Of a stretch of 49,496 nucleotides of DNA, positions 40,820 to 49,496 are shown piece after piece. Source of the DNA: an uncultured Nitrospinaceae bacterium (GTDB lineage Bacteria; Nitrospinota; Nitrospinia; Nitrospinales; VA-1); NCBI GenBank assembly GCA_964584125.1, contig CAZOYP010000003.1, positions 1 through 49,496 on the forward strand, read 5' to 3'. A program made the translations under genes and the position numbers. The first letter of the stretch is position 1. Each line of letters opens with the position of its first letter. Under the pieces are notes generated by a model. The model ran no database searches, was not told the DNA's origin, and saw only the letters and a list, made by a program, of their open reading frames with translations.

Positions 40820-41378
40820 TGTCGGTTAGTTTAGAAAGCTTGTTTTTAAAAAGATTAAGTATGTTGAGATAAAAATATTTATACCCTATGTAACCGATTA
40901 GAACGCCTAATAGAGTTCCACTCAAAATATCTGTGGGGTAGTGCACACCAAGGTAAACCCTCGAGTAGCCTATCAGCAAAGCTAAAATATATAAAAAAAA
41001 CGCGAGGTTTTTGTGAGCAAGAGAGAAGATGGTGGCAAATGAGAATGAGTTTATCGCGTGGTTAGAAGGAAATGAAAAACTGTTAGAACAACTGGCAATA
41101 TCCCTCACATTGTCAAGGACGTGGCAAGGCCTATCACGTGCAATTAGTTCTTTTAATGTTGCTCCCAAAAGATCGGAAATAGATACGGTTAAGCCTGTAG
41201 CTAGAACCAATGCCAGTCCGTGCATCTTCTTGAACCAGAGAAAAACCACCAAACAAATACTCCCAGGCCATATGAAGTTTTGCTTGATAGAAATGAACTG
41301 CATGAACTTTTGGAATATTCGAGATTGAAAATGCGTATTGATCCAGTAGAATAATGAAATGTCTAGCTCAGAAAGAAT
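40785..41378 (-). CDS. PAP2 family phosphatase (lipid A or undecaprenyl-PP phosphatase-like); probable ATT start
   Basis: KELIARDRP, SFPSNH and SRVYLGVHYPTD motifs. The frame extends 25 codons upstream of the ATG at 41303 to an ATT preceded by AAGGGGA. Confidence 0.85.
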   Translation of the reverse strand: MLSELDISLFYWINTHFQSRIFQKFMQFISIKQNFIWPGSICLVVFLWFKKMHGLALVLATGLTVSISDLLGATLKELIARDRPCHVLDNVRDIASCSNSFSFPSNHAINSFSFATIFSLAHKNLAFFLYILALLIGYSRVYLGVHYPTDILSGTLLGVLIGYIGYKYFYLNILNLFKNKLSKLTDNELPKTKISNH

Positions 41379-41529
41379 GGTTGAATCCCCTTGAAAGTTT
41401 AAGTCATACGCATGTCTGCATAGATTTTATTGGCTTTGAAACTTGTAGTCAAACGATTTGTGGGAGAAGAATCTTCCTAAAGCCTCTTTGGCTCATAGTT
41501 AAGAACCAACTACGAAAATATAGACTTTA

Positions 41530-42210
41530 ATGGCAAAACAAAATAAAAGTGCTTTGGTTATTTTTGCTCGAGATCCTATAGTGGGGCAGGTTAAAACGCG
41601 CCTCAATCCATTTTTAGACTTGCAAACGACTTGTGATCTGTATACTTGTTTTCTTTCCGATAGTCTCGACAAAATCTGTGCTGTGGAATCTACCGATTGC
41701 TTTGTTGGTGTTTACCCTTCGATTACCTCGGGATATTTCGAGAGATTGGATCCCTCTTTATCTATTAATACTTTTGTTCAGGAGGGGAAAGACCTCGGCG
41801 ACAGGATGAAAAATACTTTTTCCGCAAGATTTGCAGATGGTTATGAGAAGGTTGTTATTATAGGAGCTGATAGTCCGAGTTTGCCTTTAATTTATATCGA
41901 GCAAGCTTTGTTTTCCAAGGAAGATGTGGTTTTGGGCCCTAGTATTGACGGAGGATATTATTTGATAGGCATGAGAGGAAATTTGACAGATGTTTTTGAT
42001 GGTATAGCGTGGGGCGGTGACATGGTTTTGAAAGATACTTTTTGCAAGTTGAAATCAAGTGGAGTGTCTTTGTCACTTCTTCCTGCCTGGTACGATGTAG
42101 ATCGGTCGAATGATTTGATATTTCTTAAAACACATTTGGAACTTATGTCTGCCGTGGGGCAGAAAGAAGGGGCGTTGACTAAAAAATTTTTAAGCGAACT
42201 ATCTTTTTAA
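41530..42210 (+). CDS. DUF2064 / TIGR04282-type glycosyltransferase-like protein
   Basis: IFARDP..GQVKTRL, QEGKDLGDRM, IIGADSP, VLGPSIDGGYYLIG, WYDVD. Confidence 0.88.
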   Translation: MAKQNKSALVIFARDPIVGQVKTRLNPFLDLQTTCDLYTCFLSDSLDKICAVESTDCFVGVYPSITSGYFERLDPSLSINTFVQEGKDLGDRMKNTFSARFADGYEKVVIIGADSPSLPLIYIEQALFSKEDVVLGPSIDGGYYLIGMRGNLTDVFDGIAWGGDMVLKDTFCKLKSSGVSLSLLPAWYDVDRSNDLIFLKTHLELMSAVGQKEGALTKKFLSELSF

Positions 42211-42240
42211 TTTTTGATTCAGAAAGTTTAAATTCTATCA

Positions 42241-43539
42241 ATGAAAATTTTTAAATATTCCGACCCAGACTTTGAACTAGCTTTAAGCGCAGTTGTTAAT
42301 CGAGCTAACCATGACCTCGTGGCCTACGATGCCTCGGTCCGTGAAATTTTAAAACAGATCAAAGAGTGCGGCGATGCCGCATTGCTTGAATACACTCTTC
42401 AATTTGATAAGTTCGATCCATCTGTGGGAGGAATCGAGGTAACACAGAGTGAGATCGATCAAGCACGGGAGAAGGTAGGAGATAAGGAAGTAGAAGCATT
42501 GAAGCGGGCTGCGGAAAACATACGCGAGTTCCATGGGCACCAGATCCAGAAGTCTTGGGAATATAAAAAAAATGGTGTGTTGTTGGGGCAGAATATAAGG
42601 CCTCTTGAAACTGCAGGAATTTATGTTCCAGGTGGCAAGGCTTCCTATCCGTCATCTGTTTTGATGAATGCGATTCCCGCAAAAGTTGCAGGGGTGGAAA
42701 ATGTCGTGATGTGTAGCCCCGCTTCAAAAGGAAAATATAGTCCACATGTCCTTATTGCGGCCGAGATTGCCGGAGTTGATGCTATCTTTAAAGTAGGCGG
42801 GGCGCAAGCAATTGGTGCAATGGCATATGGTACGGATACTATTCCAAGGGTGGATAAGATTGTGGGGCCTGGCAATATTTATGTTGCGTTAGCTAAACGA
42901 ATGGTATTCGGGTTGGTGGATATCGATATGATTGCAGGTCCGAGCGAAATCTTGATCCTAGCTGACGATAGTGCGCATGCGGATTTCATTGCAGCCGATT
43001 TGTTATCACAGGCAGAGCATGATGAACAGGCAGTTCCAATATTGGTGACTTGTTCTGAAAAACTAGCCCAAGATGTGATGAAGGAATTGACAAAACAGAC
43101 TAATCGGTTGAACAGGCAGTCTATTATTAAAGAGTCTCTTAGTGGTCAATGTCGCCTATTTGTTGTGAGATCTATGGCCGAGGCCGTAAAGGCGGCCAAT
43201 GACATCGCACCGGAGCATTTGGAACTTGCAGTGAAAGATCCTCAAACTTTTGTCAAGCAAATTAAGAATGCCGGTGCTATATTTTTAGGGCATTACACAC
43301 CCGAGGCAGTCGGAGATTATTTAGCGGGCCCCAACCATGTTTTGCCTACTAGCGGGACAGCTAGATTTTCGTCACCCCTTGGAGTTTATGATTTTATGAA
43401 AAAAATGAGCGTCATGTCCTATTCCCCTGAAGCTCTTGCAAAAGACGCTCCCTTAATTAGGATAATTGCTGATATGGAGCATTTGGATGCCCATGCTAAT
43501 GCTGTGGATTTGAGGATCAAAAGGCTAAATGATGGGTGA
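42241..43539 (+). CDS. hisD: Histidinol dehydrogenase
   Basis: YVPGGKASYPSS, KIVGPGN, IDMIAGPSE, QAEHD, APEHLEL, GDYLAGPNHVLPT. Confidence 0.98.
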   Translation: MKIFKYSDPDFELALSAVVNRANHDLVAYDASVREILKQIKECGDAALLEYTLQFDKFDPSVGGIEVTQSEIDQAREKVGDKEVEALKRAAENIREFHGHQIQKSWEYKKNGVLLGQNIRPLETAGIYVPGGKASYPSSVLMNAIPAKVAGVENVVMCSPASKGKYSPHVLIAAEIAGVDAIFKVGGAQAIGAMAYGTDTIPRVDKIVGPGNIYVALAKRMVFGLVDIDMIAGPSEILILADDSAHADFIAADLLSQAEHDEQAVPILVTCSEKLAQDVMKELTKQTNRLNRQSIIKESLSGQCRLFVVRSMAEAVKAANDIAPEHLELAVKDPQTFVKQIKNAGAIFLGHYTPEAVGDYLAGPNHVLPTSGTARFSSPLGVYDFMKKMSVMSYSPEALAKDAPLIRIIADMEHLDAHANAVDLRIKRLNDG

Positions 43540-43584
43540 TTTAAAAAGGCGATTTTTGCTAGACAAATAAAGGGTTTTTTTATC

Positions 43585-43613
43585 TTGACATGCAATTGTG
43601 CGCATGATAAAAA
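43585..43613 (+). promoter_or_regulatory. Candidate promoter of the bd-like oxidase/cytochrome c operon
   Basis: TTGACA, 17-nt spacer, TAAAAA with an extended-10 TG; about 250 nt upstream of the ATG, which has a strong AAGGAGG RBS. Confidence 0.5.
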
Positions 43614-43864
43614 TCCCGAAATGGCTCAAGGTGCGCCTTTTTGTGTTGTATTGATTCATAGGCACTGAAAGCCGTATCCATTAGTAGTCACCGGTGATTG
43701 AGAAACAGTTTAGTTATGGTGACTTTGTATTGAGTTATTGTGAATTTTTAAAAAGAAAATCAATTAAGTCTATTGCTGGACCAACTTAACTAACAAACTA
43801 ACAAATACTAATTTAAAATATTTTAAAACTACGTATTATTAAGTCCACAAAGGAGGACAAGGCT

Positions 43865-45838
43865 ATGCAGGGGAAAACTAGAAGTTTAAATATTCTGCCC
43901 GTTGCTCTGTTTTTTGCAGTCGCATTATACATGATGCCTGGGCTGGCAGGAGATGCTTTCGCGAAGGAAGCTTTTGCGGAGCAGGTCTTCGCTGAGCAGG
44001 CATTTGCGAAAGAAGTGATGGCTGCTGAAGGCGATGCTGAGGGGGAAGGTGAGCCTGAGATCGAATGGAGCCAAGACGTCTTCTATAAGGACTTTGAAGG
44101 TAACCCTCTTAGGGGGCCTGTGAGCGGTGCTCCAGCGCCTGAATTGGGTGAGAATGACTATAATAACTATGACTTTGCTCCAAGTCGCATGATTTTGTGG
44201 ATGGCAAACCAACAGCATCTTTATTTTGGTAGTTTTGTTCTTGCCGTTCCAATTTTCTGTATGCTGATTGAGTTTGTCGGTATCAGAAGTCGCGAGAGTG
44301 ACCCCGTAATGTCAGAGAAGTATGACCGTTTGGCTCATGACCTTATGAAGGTTAGTCTTACCGCTTATTCCTGGACAGCTATACTGGGTGGTATACTGCT
44401 GTTTACCTTTATTACGCTCTTTCCCGGATTCTTTAAATATATGGCAACTATTTTCCGCCCGGTAATGCACGTTTATGCATTGATGTTCTTGGCCGAAAGT
44501 GGTGTTCTTTATGTCTACTATTATGGTTGGGACAAGATGAATGATGGTGGTTTCTTAAAATGGATTCACTGTAGTCTTTCCGTTTTGCTTAACCTTGTAG
44601 GAACAGTTTTAATGTACCTAGCTAATTCATGGGCAACCTTCATGCAGGCTCCTGGTGGAATTGATGAGCAGGGGCGCTTCTTGGGCAATATCTGGCACGT
44701 AATTCACTCTACTTTATGGAACCCGGTCGGTGTTCATAGAATTTTAGGAAATATCGTTTTTGGTGGTGGTATTGTCGGAGCTTATGCTGCATATCACTAC
44801 CTCACAGCAAAAGATGAGGAAACCAAAGCCCATTATGATTGGGTTTGTTATATCGCGATGTTTATCGCCATATTTGGTCTTATCCCACTTCCGTTCGCTG
44901 GTTACTGGTTGATGAAGGAAGTGTATGCGTTCCGTCAGCAGATGGGTATTACCTTGATGGGTGGAATCATGGCTTGGTTGTTTATCATCCAGGCGGTAAT
45001 GATCGGGTTGCTCTTTTTCGGTGCTAACTCATACCTGCATAACAGTATGTCGCGGGTAAACGGTTCGCAGCGGTACATGAAATATTGTAAATACATGGTT
45101 CTGCTCCTGATTGTGTGCTTTACCATGTGGATGACGCCTCATACGATAGTAATGACACCCGCTGAATTAAAAGAGATGGGGGGTGCCCAGCACCCAATTG
45201 TAGGTCACTTTGGGGTTATGTCTGCAAAGAATACGGCTGTCAACTTGATGATCACTTGTACGGTTCTTTGTTTTCTACTTTATCAGAGGTCCAATAAAAA
45301 GATAACAGTGCCGTGGGCGACAGTAGGTAACTGTTGGATCTCCGCTATTTTCGTAGGCGCGGCCTTGAATATTATTTTCTTAGGTGTTTATGGATATTTT
45401 CTTCCCGCAAACCAACGTGTTGGCCTTTCGGTGCCGCAGGTAACAACCACTCTTACAACGTTATTCGCGGGTACAGCTATTAATATCTCCATGTTTAAGG
45501 ATTCCGAATCTATGGGTGATATTAAATGGGGTACTCAGTCTAAGGTTGGAACTTATGCAATCTTCCTGCTTGCGATTTCGTTTACATGGTTGATGGGACT
45601 GATGGGATACATTCGTTCTGCCGTAAGATTATTCTGGCATGTAACTGAGGTGTTAAGAGATAACTCGCCTGATGCATACACCCTGACTATTGGTGAAGCT
45701 GGTAAGATGCTGACATTCAATACTCTTTTTGTGTGGGTTCAGTTTGTTGTGGTTTTCTGGGTTGCTAGTTTGACGGTAAAACCGGCAAAAGGAAAGGTGC
45801 CAGACGCAGTTCCTGTTCCAGCTCAGCAACAACAGTAG
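43865..45838 (+). CDS. Cytochrome bd-like (CydA-related) oxidase subunit I, Nitrospira/Nitrospina type
   Basis: Many TM helices; QQHLYFGSFVLAVP, FLAES..LYVYYYGW, ANSWATFMQAP, HRILGN and MGLMGYIRS segments paralleling CydA; no cydB downstream. Confidence 0.8.
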   Translation: MQGKTRSLNILPVALFFAVALYMMPGLAGDAFAKEAFAEQVFAEQAFAKEVMAAEGDAEGEGEPEIEWSQDVFYKDFEGNPLRGPVSGAPAPELGENDYNNYDFAPSRMILWMANQQHLYFGSFVLAVPIFCMLIEFVGIRSRESDPVMSEKYDRLAHDLMKVSLTAYSWTAILGGILLFTFITLFPGFFKYMATIFRPVMHVYALMFLAESGVLYVYYYGWDKMNDGGFLKWIHCSLSVLLNLVGTVLMYLANSWATFMQAPGGIDEQGRFLGNIWHVIHSTLWNPVGVHRILGNIVFGGGIVGAYAAYHYLTAKDEETKAHYDWVCYIAMFIAIFGLIPLPFAGYWLMKEVYAFRQQMGITLMGGIMAWLFIIQAVMIGLLFFGANSYLHNSMSRVNGSQRYMKYCKYMVLLLIVCFTMWMTPHTIVMTPAELKEMGGAQHPIVGHFGVMSAKNTAVNLMITCTVLCFLLYQRSNKKITVPWATVGNCWISAIFVGAALNIIFLGVYGYFLPANQRVGLSVPQVTTTLTTLFAGTAINISMFKDSESMGDIKWGTQSKVGTYAIFLLAISFTWLMGLMGYIRSAVRLFWHVTEVLRDNSPDAYTLTIGEAGKMLTFNTLFVWVQFVVVFWVASLTVKPAKGKVPDAVPVPAQQQQ

Positions 45839-45856
45839 TAAATAGCAACTTGAATG

Positions 45857-45901
45857 GCGCTACCATTGTTATGCTTAGAAAAAGCTTAATTTTGGTGGCG
45901 C
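45857..45901 (+). other. Intergenic stem-loop
   Basis: GCGCTACCA ... TGGTGGCGC inverted repeat followed by TTTCG. Confidence 0.5.
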
Positions 45902-45963
45902 TTTCGTTAATGTGTTTTTGGCAAGTTTAATTATTGTGAATTATAAAGGAGAGGAGTAGGGGG

Positions 45964-47310
45964 ATGCTTCCAGAGCAACGTGACATTTTATGGACATTTT
46001 TATCTATCATGTTTACGGTTTTTGCGCTTTACGCTTTTATTAACGTCATAAAGCACTGCCGTGAGCGGGATGATGTAAGTACGACATTCTGGGGAGGTAT
46101 TTTCGGTGCCTTTCTTACTGTCATGTTTCTCGAGACCGTTCATATGTTTGGTCTTACGCAGGTTGAGCAGTTAGGTTTCTTTTTTGGCAAGATGGTGTTG
46201 ACGGTTTTCTTGTTGTTGCTCACTTGGGGTATCTTTTTCAAGAGTACTGCGATTGAAAACCAATCCCCCCCAATAATCCGAGCATTTTTCTGGTGGACTA
46301 CAATTTCTGTTCTGCTTGCAGGTTATAGTAACTGGTTGCCGCAGCAACGTAGTGATCCGCCGCCAAAGGCGACTGCCTTTGTTGGTGAGATTACAATGGA
46401 AGAGTATGCGGAGATGGGACGAGTAATCATATTTGGCACAAAGCAAATCGCTGGGGAAAAGGCTATTGGAAAAGGCCAGTGCCCTCTTTGCCATACTTTC
46501 GATGCGGGAGATAATATTGGTCGATGTCCTAATTTATTTGGTGTTGGGGAACGTGGTTTCACGCGAGTTAAGGAAGAAAGATATAAGACAGAGCCTGTTG
46601 CCGTTGGAGAAAACGAGCCTAAATCAAATATTATTAAAGGTGCGCCGGATCAGATTCCTGAGGAGTATAGAAGAGCGGGTGCCCCAGGTTATGATGGCAT
46701 GACTGCTGAAGATTATATACGAGAGTCTATGATGTGCCCCTCTTGTTACGTGGTTAAGGGTTATGGTAAGGCCGGTGATAAGGTAAGCCCGATGCCAGTT
46801 ATAAGCAAGCCTCCGATTAGTTTGAGTAATATTGAGGTTAATGCTGTTATCGCTTACCTGCAGTCATACAATACTCCAGGTGACTTTGCTGGAGTGACTG
46901 TGCCCCTGCCATCGGCTGATGATGGTCCTGCAGAAACAGCAGAAGAAGAAGGGGAAGCGCCCATTTTTGTAACAGGTGCTGAACCTATTGGGGAGATGAT
47001 TAATACGTTAGGTTGTCCTTTGTGTCATACGATACCTGGTATCGAGGGTGCGGTTGGTGAACTTGGTCCGAAATTACATGAGAAGATCAATGCCCCGAAT
47101 CGCATTAAGGATTCGCGATATAAGGGGAAGGCAACAAATACCAAAGAATATGTTAGGGAGTCGATTTTGAATCCTAATGCATATATTGTTATGAATGAAG
47201 AAGAAAATGAGCTCTACCCAGAGGGTGTTATGCCACAAGATTTTAAGAACAAACTCTCGGTAGATGCTATTGATAAATTAGTTGATTTTATCAGTCAGAC
47301 AGAAGGCTAA
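45964..47310 (+). CDS. Membrane-anchored diheme cytochrome c
   Basis: About four N-terminal TM helices, two CPLCH motifs, repeated YxRES and distal MP motifs. Confidence 0.88.
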   Translation: MLPEQRDILWTFLSIMFTVFALYAFINVIKHCRERDDVSTTFWGGIFGAFLTVMFLETVHMFGLTQVEQLGFFFGKMVLTVFLLLLTWGIFFKSTAIENQSPPIIRAFFWWTTISVLLAGYSNWLPQQRSDPPPKATAFVGEITMEEYAEMGRVIIFGTKQIAGEKAIGKGQCPLCHTFDAGDNIGRCPNLFGVGERGFTRVKEERYKTEPVAVGENEPKSNIIKGAPDQIPEEYRRAGAPGYDGMTAEDYIRESMMCPSCYVVKGYGKAGDKVSPMPVISKPPISLSNIEVNAVIAYLQSYNTPGDFAGVTVPLPSADDGPAETAEEEGEAPIFVTGAEPIGEMINTLGCPLCHTIPGIEGAVGELGPKLHEKINAPNRIKDSRYKGKATNTKEYVRESILNPNAYIVMNEEENELYPEGVMPQDFKNKLSVDAIDKLVDFISQTEG

Positions 47311-47323
47311 ACGATAGGAGAGT

Positions 47324-48292
47324 GTGTCAATGAACAAATCATTTCTTAGTTTGATCTTGGCGGTAGTAGGTTGGGCTGTGTTTCACTACGGCTTACTTCC
47401 TATCTTTTCGCCAGAACCAGTAGGTTGGGTGTTGAACCCATATGTTTATTATCTGCTATTTGTTGCGTATTTGATCGTAGTGAATGTTGGTATGAGGTTA
47501 AAGCCGGCGATGACTCTGAGGGCTTTCTATGTTTGGATGCTAGGGTATTATTTTTACGATAGTATCCTTGCACCGCATATTCCTTGGACCTTATTTGTTA
47601 CGTATATGATGTTGTGGTCGATTGGTACTTTTCTTTATATCAGTCAAGATCCAATCACTTTCCGAGAGTTTAGGGCACCGATAGTTAAAACAATTGTCGG
47701 TGAGTATAAGATGGCACGGGTGGTTGTTTTTACCTTATTGCCACTTATGGTGGGCTTTGCCACTTACAACACAATTTATCCTTCTTTTTCAGAGCCTGTG
47801 GAGTTAAGAACTGTTCATCCGGCACCTCCTTCTACTACCAAGGTGCACGGTAAAACTTACAAGCTCGAAGAGATTGGTAATCCTTTTAGAACTGACGAGC
47901 AGGATAATTACAAGGATAGTTTTCCATTTCTTGATGAGACGGAATATATGAAAAACGTTACCGAGGGTGGAACCGTCTTTTTTCAGAATTGCCACTACTG
48001 TCATGGTGATCAGTTGAACGGGCTGGGTATGTTCTCCCACGCATTCAACCCTACACCAGCTAACTTTATTGATCCTGGTACAATTGCCATGCTTCAGGAG
48101 TCATTCCTGTTCTGGCGTGTATCTAAAGGTGGGCCAGGGCTTCCAAATGAATCAACTCCTTGGTCGTCAGCAATGCCTCCTTGGGAGGAGCATCTGACTA
48201 CAGATGAAATCTGGAAGGTTATTCTTTTTGAATACTGGTATACCGGATGGCATCCAAGAACCTTCGATACAGAGGGAGCTGTGGCTGAGTAG
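47324..48292 (+). CDS. Membrane-anchored monoheme cytochrome c
   Basis: N-terminal TM helices, CHYCHG, PANF, SAMPPW. Confidence 0.88.
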   Translation: MSMNKSFLSLILAVVGWAVFHYGLLPIFSPEPVGWVLNPYVYYLLFVAYLIVVNVGMRLKPAMTLRAFYVWMLGYYFYDSILAPHIPWTLFVTYMMLWSIGTFLYISQDPITFREFRAPIVKTIVGEYKMARVVVFTLLPLMVGFATYNTIYPSFSEPVELRTVHPAPPSTTKVHGKTYKLEEIGNPFRTDEQDNYKDSFPFLDETEYMKNVTEGGTVFFQNCHYCHGDQLNGLGMFSHAFNPTPANFIDPGTIAMLQESFLFWRVSKGGPGLPNESTPWSSAMPPWEEHLTTDEIWKVILFEYWYTGWHPRTFDTEGAVAE

Positions 48293-48354
48293 GAGTTAAT
48301 TTATTTAAAAATTGGTTGAATGAATAACCTTAAAAATATTTAGTGGGGATTAAA

Positions 48355-49496
48355 ATGAACATTAAAATTAAAACTGGAAAGATGCTAAAGGCCATTTTGG
48401 CACTCATGTTTTCCGTTTTGTTAGCGGGAACGGCCTTGGCTGAAGATAAACCGGCTGATCCAATTCAGCAGGATAAGCTTGAAAAGGGAAAGAAGGTTTA
48501 TTTCAAACGTTGTGTTTGGTGCCATGGAGTTGAGGGTGCAGGTGATGGCCCCTCTCATGATCGTTTGTTCACTAAGCCTAGGAACTTTGTGCAAGGAACT
48601 TTCAAGATTCGCTGGACAAACTCAGGGGAGCTTCCTAGAGATGTAGATCTCATTAATACTGTCACGCACGGTCTGACAGGTTCGGCTATGCCTGCCTGGG
48701 GTGATTTCCTGAGCAAGGATGAAATTGAATCAGTTGTTCAATTTGTTAAGAGTCTTGTTCAGGATAGGGACTGGAGCGACGAGGATGAGACAGTTGAGGA
48801 TGTAGTGTCCGAGCTTGGATCAAATCCTTGGGGAGCTAAAGCGCCTTACTACCATGAAATTCCCCAGGAAGCCATTGATGAAGGTAAGAAGATTATGGTG
48901 GCTAATAAGTGCTTTGAGTGTCACGGTGGAGAGGGTGCTGGAGATGGCAACCCTACCATGAAGGATGATTGGGGATTTCCTATAGTTGCTGCTAGTTGGA
49001 AGGAGTGCTGGAATTTTCGTGGAGCGCGACGTGATCACTATGATCCATTCAACGTCGCTCGCACGATTTCAACTGGATTGAATGGGACACCAATGCCGAA
49101 CTTCAGAGATAAAGTCAGCATTGAGGACCGATGGAAATTGGCAGCTTTCGTGAATTCTTTATGTCCGCGTAAGAAGATCGATAAGCTAACCAACAAACCC
49201 ATCCCGGACTTTTTGATCGCTTCTAAATACACAGAGGGTGAAATAGTGCCTAAGATTTCTGACCCGATGTGGCAAGCGCCTGACCACGACCCAAAAATAG
49301 TAGAACGGTCTGAGGATAAGGTTGATCATCCTAGAAGAAACTACATTGCTTTAGCTGGTCAGATCACTATTGGCGAGCGGAACTTTGATCCGAAATCAGA
49401 TAACCTTTGGGTTTCTTCACGGTGGAATAAAGATCAGGGTCTCTACTACCTAGTAGAGTACGATAACCGATTTCTTTCTACAGACCCAGAATATCC
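48355..49496 (+). CDS. Exported multiheme cytochrome c, partial; runs off the right edge
   Basis: Manual translation from ATG 48355: signal peptide ending GTALA, then CVWCHG..GAGDG, PRNF, SAMPAW, CFECHG..GAGDG, GTPMPNF; no stop in the window. Confidence 0.9.
   Translation, partial: MNIKIKTGKMLKAILALMFSVLLAGTALAEDKPADPIQQDKLEKGKKVYFKRCVWCHGVEGAGDGPSHDRLFTKPRNFVQGTFKIRWTNSGELPRDVDLINTVTHGLTGSAMPAWGDFLSKDEIESVVQFVKSLVQDRDWSDEDETVEDVVSELGSNPWGAKAPYYHEIPQEAIDEGKKIMVANKCFECHGGEGAGDGNPTMKDDWGFPIVAASWKECWNFRGARRDHYDPFNVARTISTGLNGTPMPNFRDKVSIEDRWKLAAFVNSLCPRKKIDKLTNKPIPDFLIASKYTEGEIVPKISDPMWQAPDHDPKIVERSEDKVDHPRRNYIALAGQITIGERNFDPKSDNLWVSSRWNKDQGLYYLVEYDNRFLSTDPEY

Noticed and set aside
41530-42210. 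Arsenosugar biosynthesis interpretation of the DUF2064/TIGR04282 gene
   Set aside because: No arsM, arsS radical SAM or partner glycosyltransferase nearby; the family is widespread, so the pathway is unsupported
48820-49232. Minus-strand ORFs at the right end
   Set aside because: Antisense to the partial multiheme cytochrome starting at 48355

Overview
AT-rich bacterial chromosome segment made almost entirely of core genes. I saw no mobile elements, CRISPR arrays, tRNAs or rRNAs. The gene content points to a nitrite-oxidizing Nitrospinota (Nitrospina-like) genome, which is an inference: a cytochrome bd-like subunit I with c-type cytochromes, a CCG-type Sdh/Frd, a split GcvP and an OleC-like ligase. 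The minus strand (1-24.3 kb) carries, in coordinate order: pnp (partial), rpsO, truB, rbfA, DUF503, infB, nusA, rimP, proS, a PEP mutase/nucleotidyltransferase fusion, rseP, lolA, purN, a receiver-AAA-LpxC fusion, trmB, greA, a flippase-like membrane protein, YkgJ, DUF1844, oleC-like, hda-like, a lipoprotein and DUF2065. After that come two HtrA proteases, ligA, rhlB, sdhAB plus a CCG subunit, a DASS transporter, gcvPB, an LPS-core cluster (two GT9, Trm112, PAP2), DUF2064, hisD and the start of a bd-like oxidase/multiheme cytochrome c operon that runs off the right end. The most unusual item is LpxC fused behind an intact phospho-receiver and a degenerate NtrX-type AAA+ domain. Other notable items are an orphan PepM fusion, an orphan OleC abutting hda, a long structured rpsO leader, a probable AUU start codon, a truncated TatT-like gene and a repeated A-x-A N-terminus on the bd-like oxidase. 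All calls rest on motif recognition by eye; no database searches were run.
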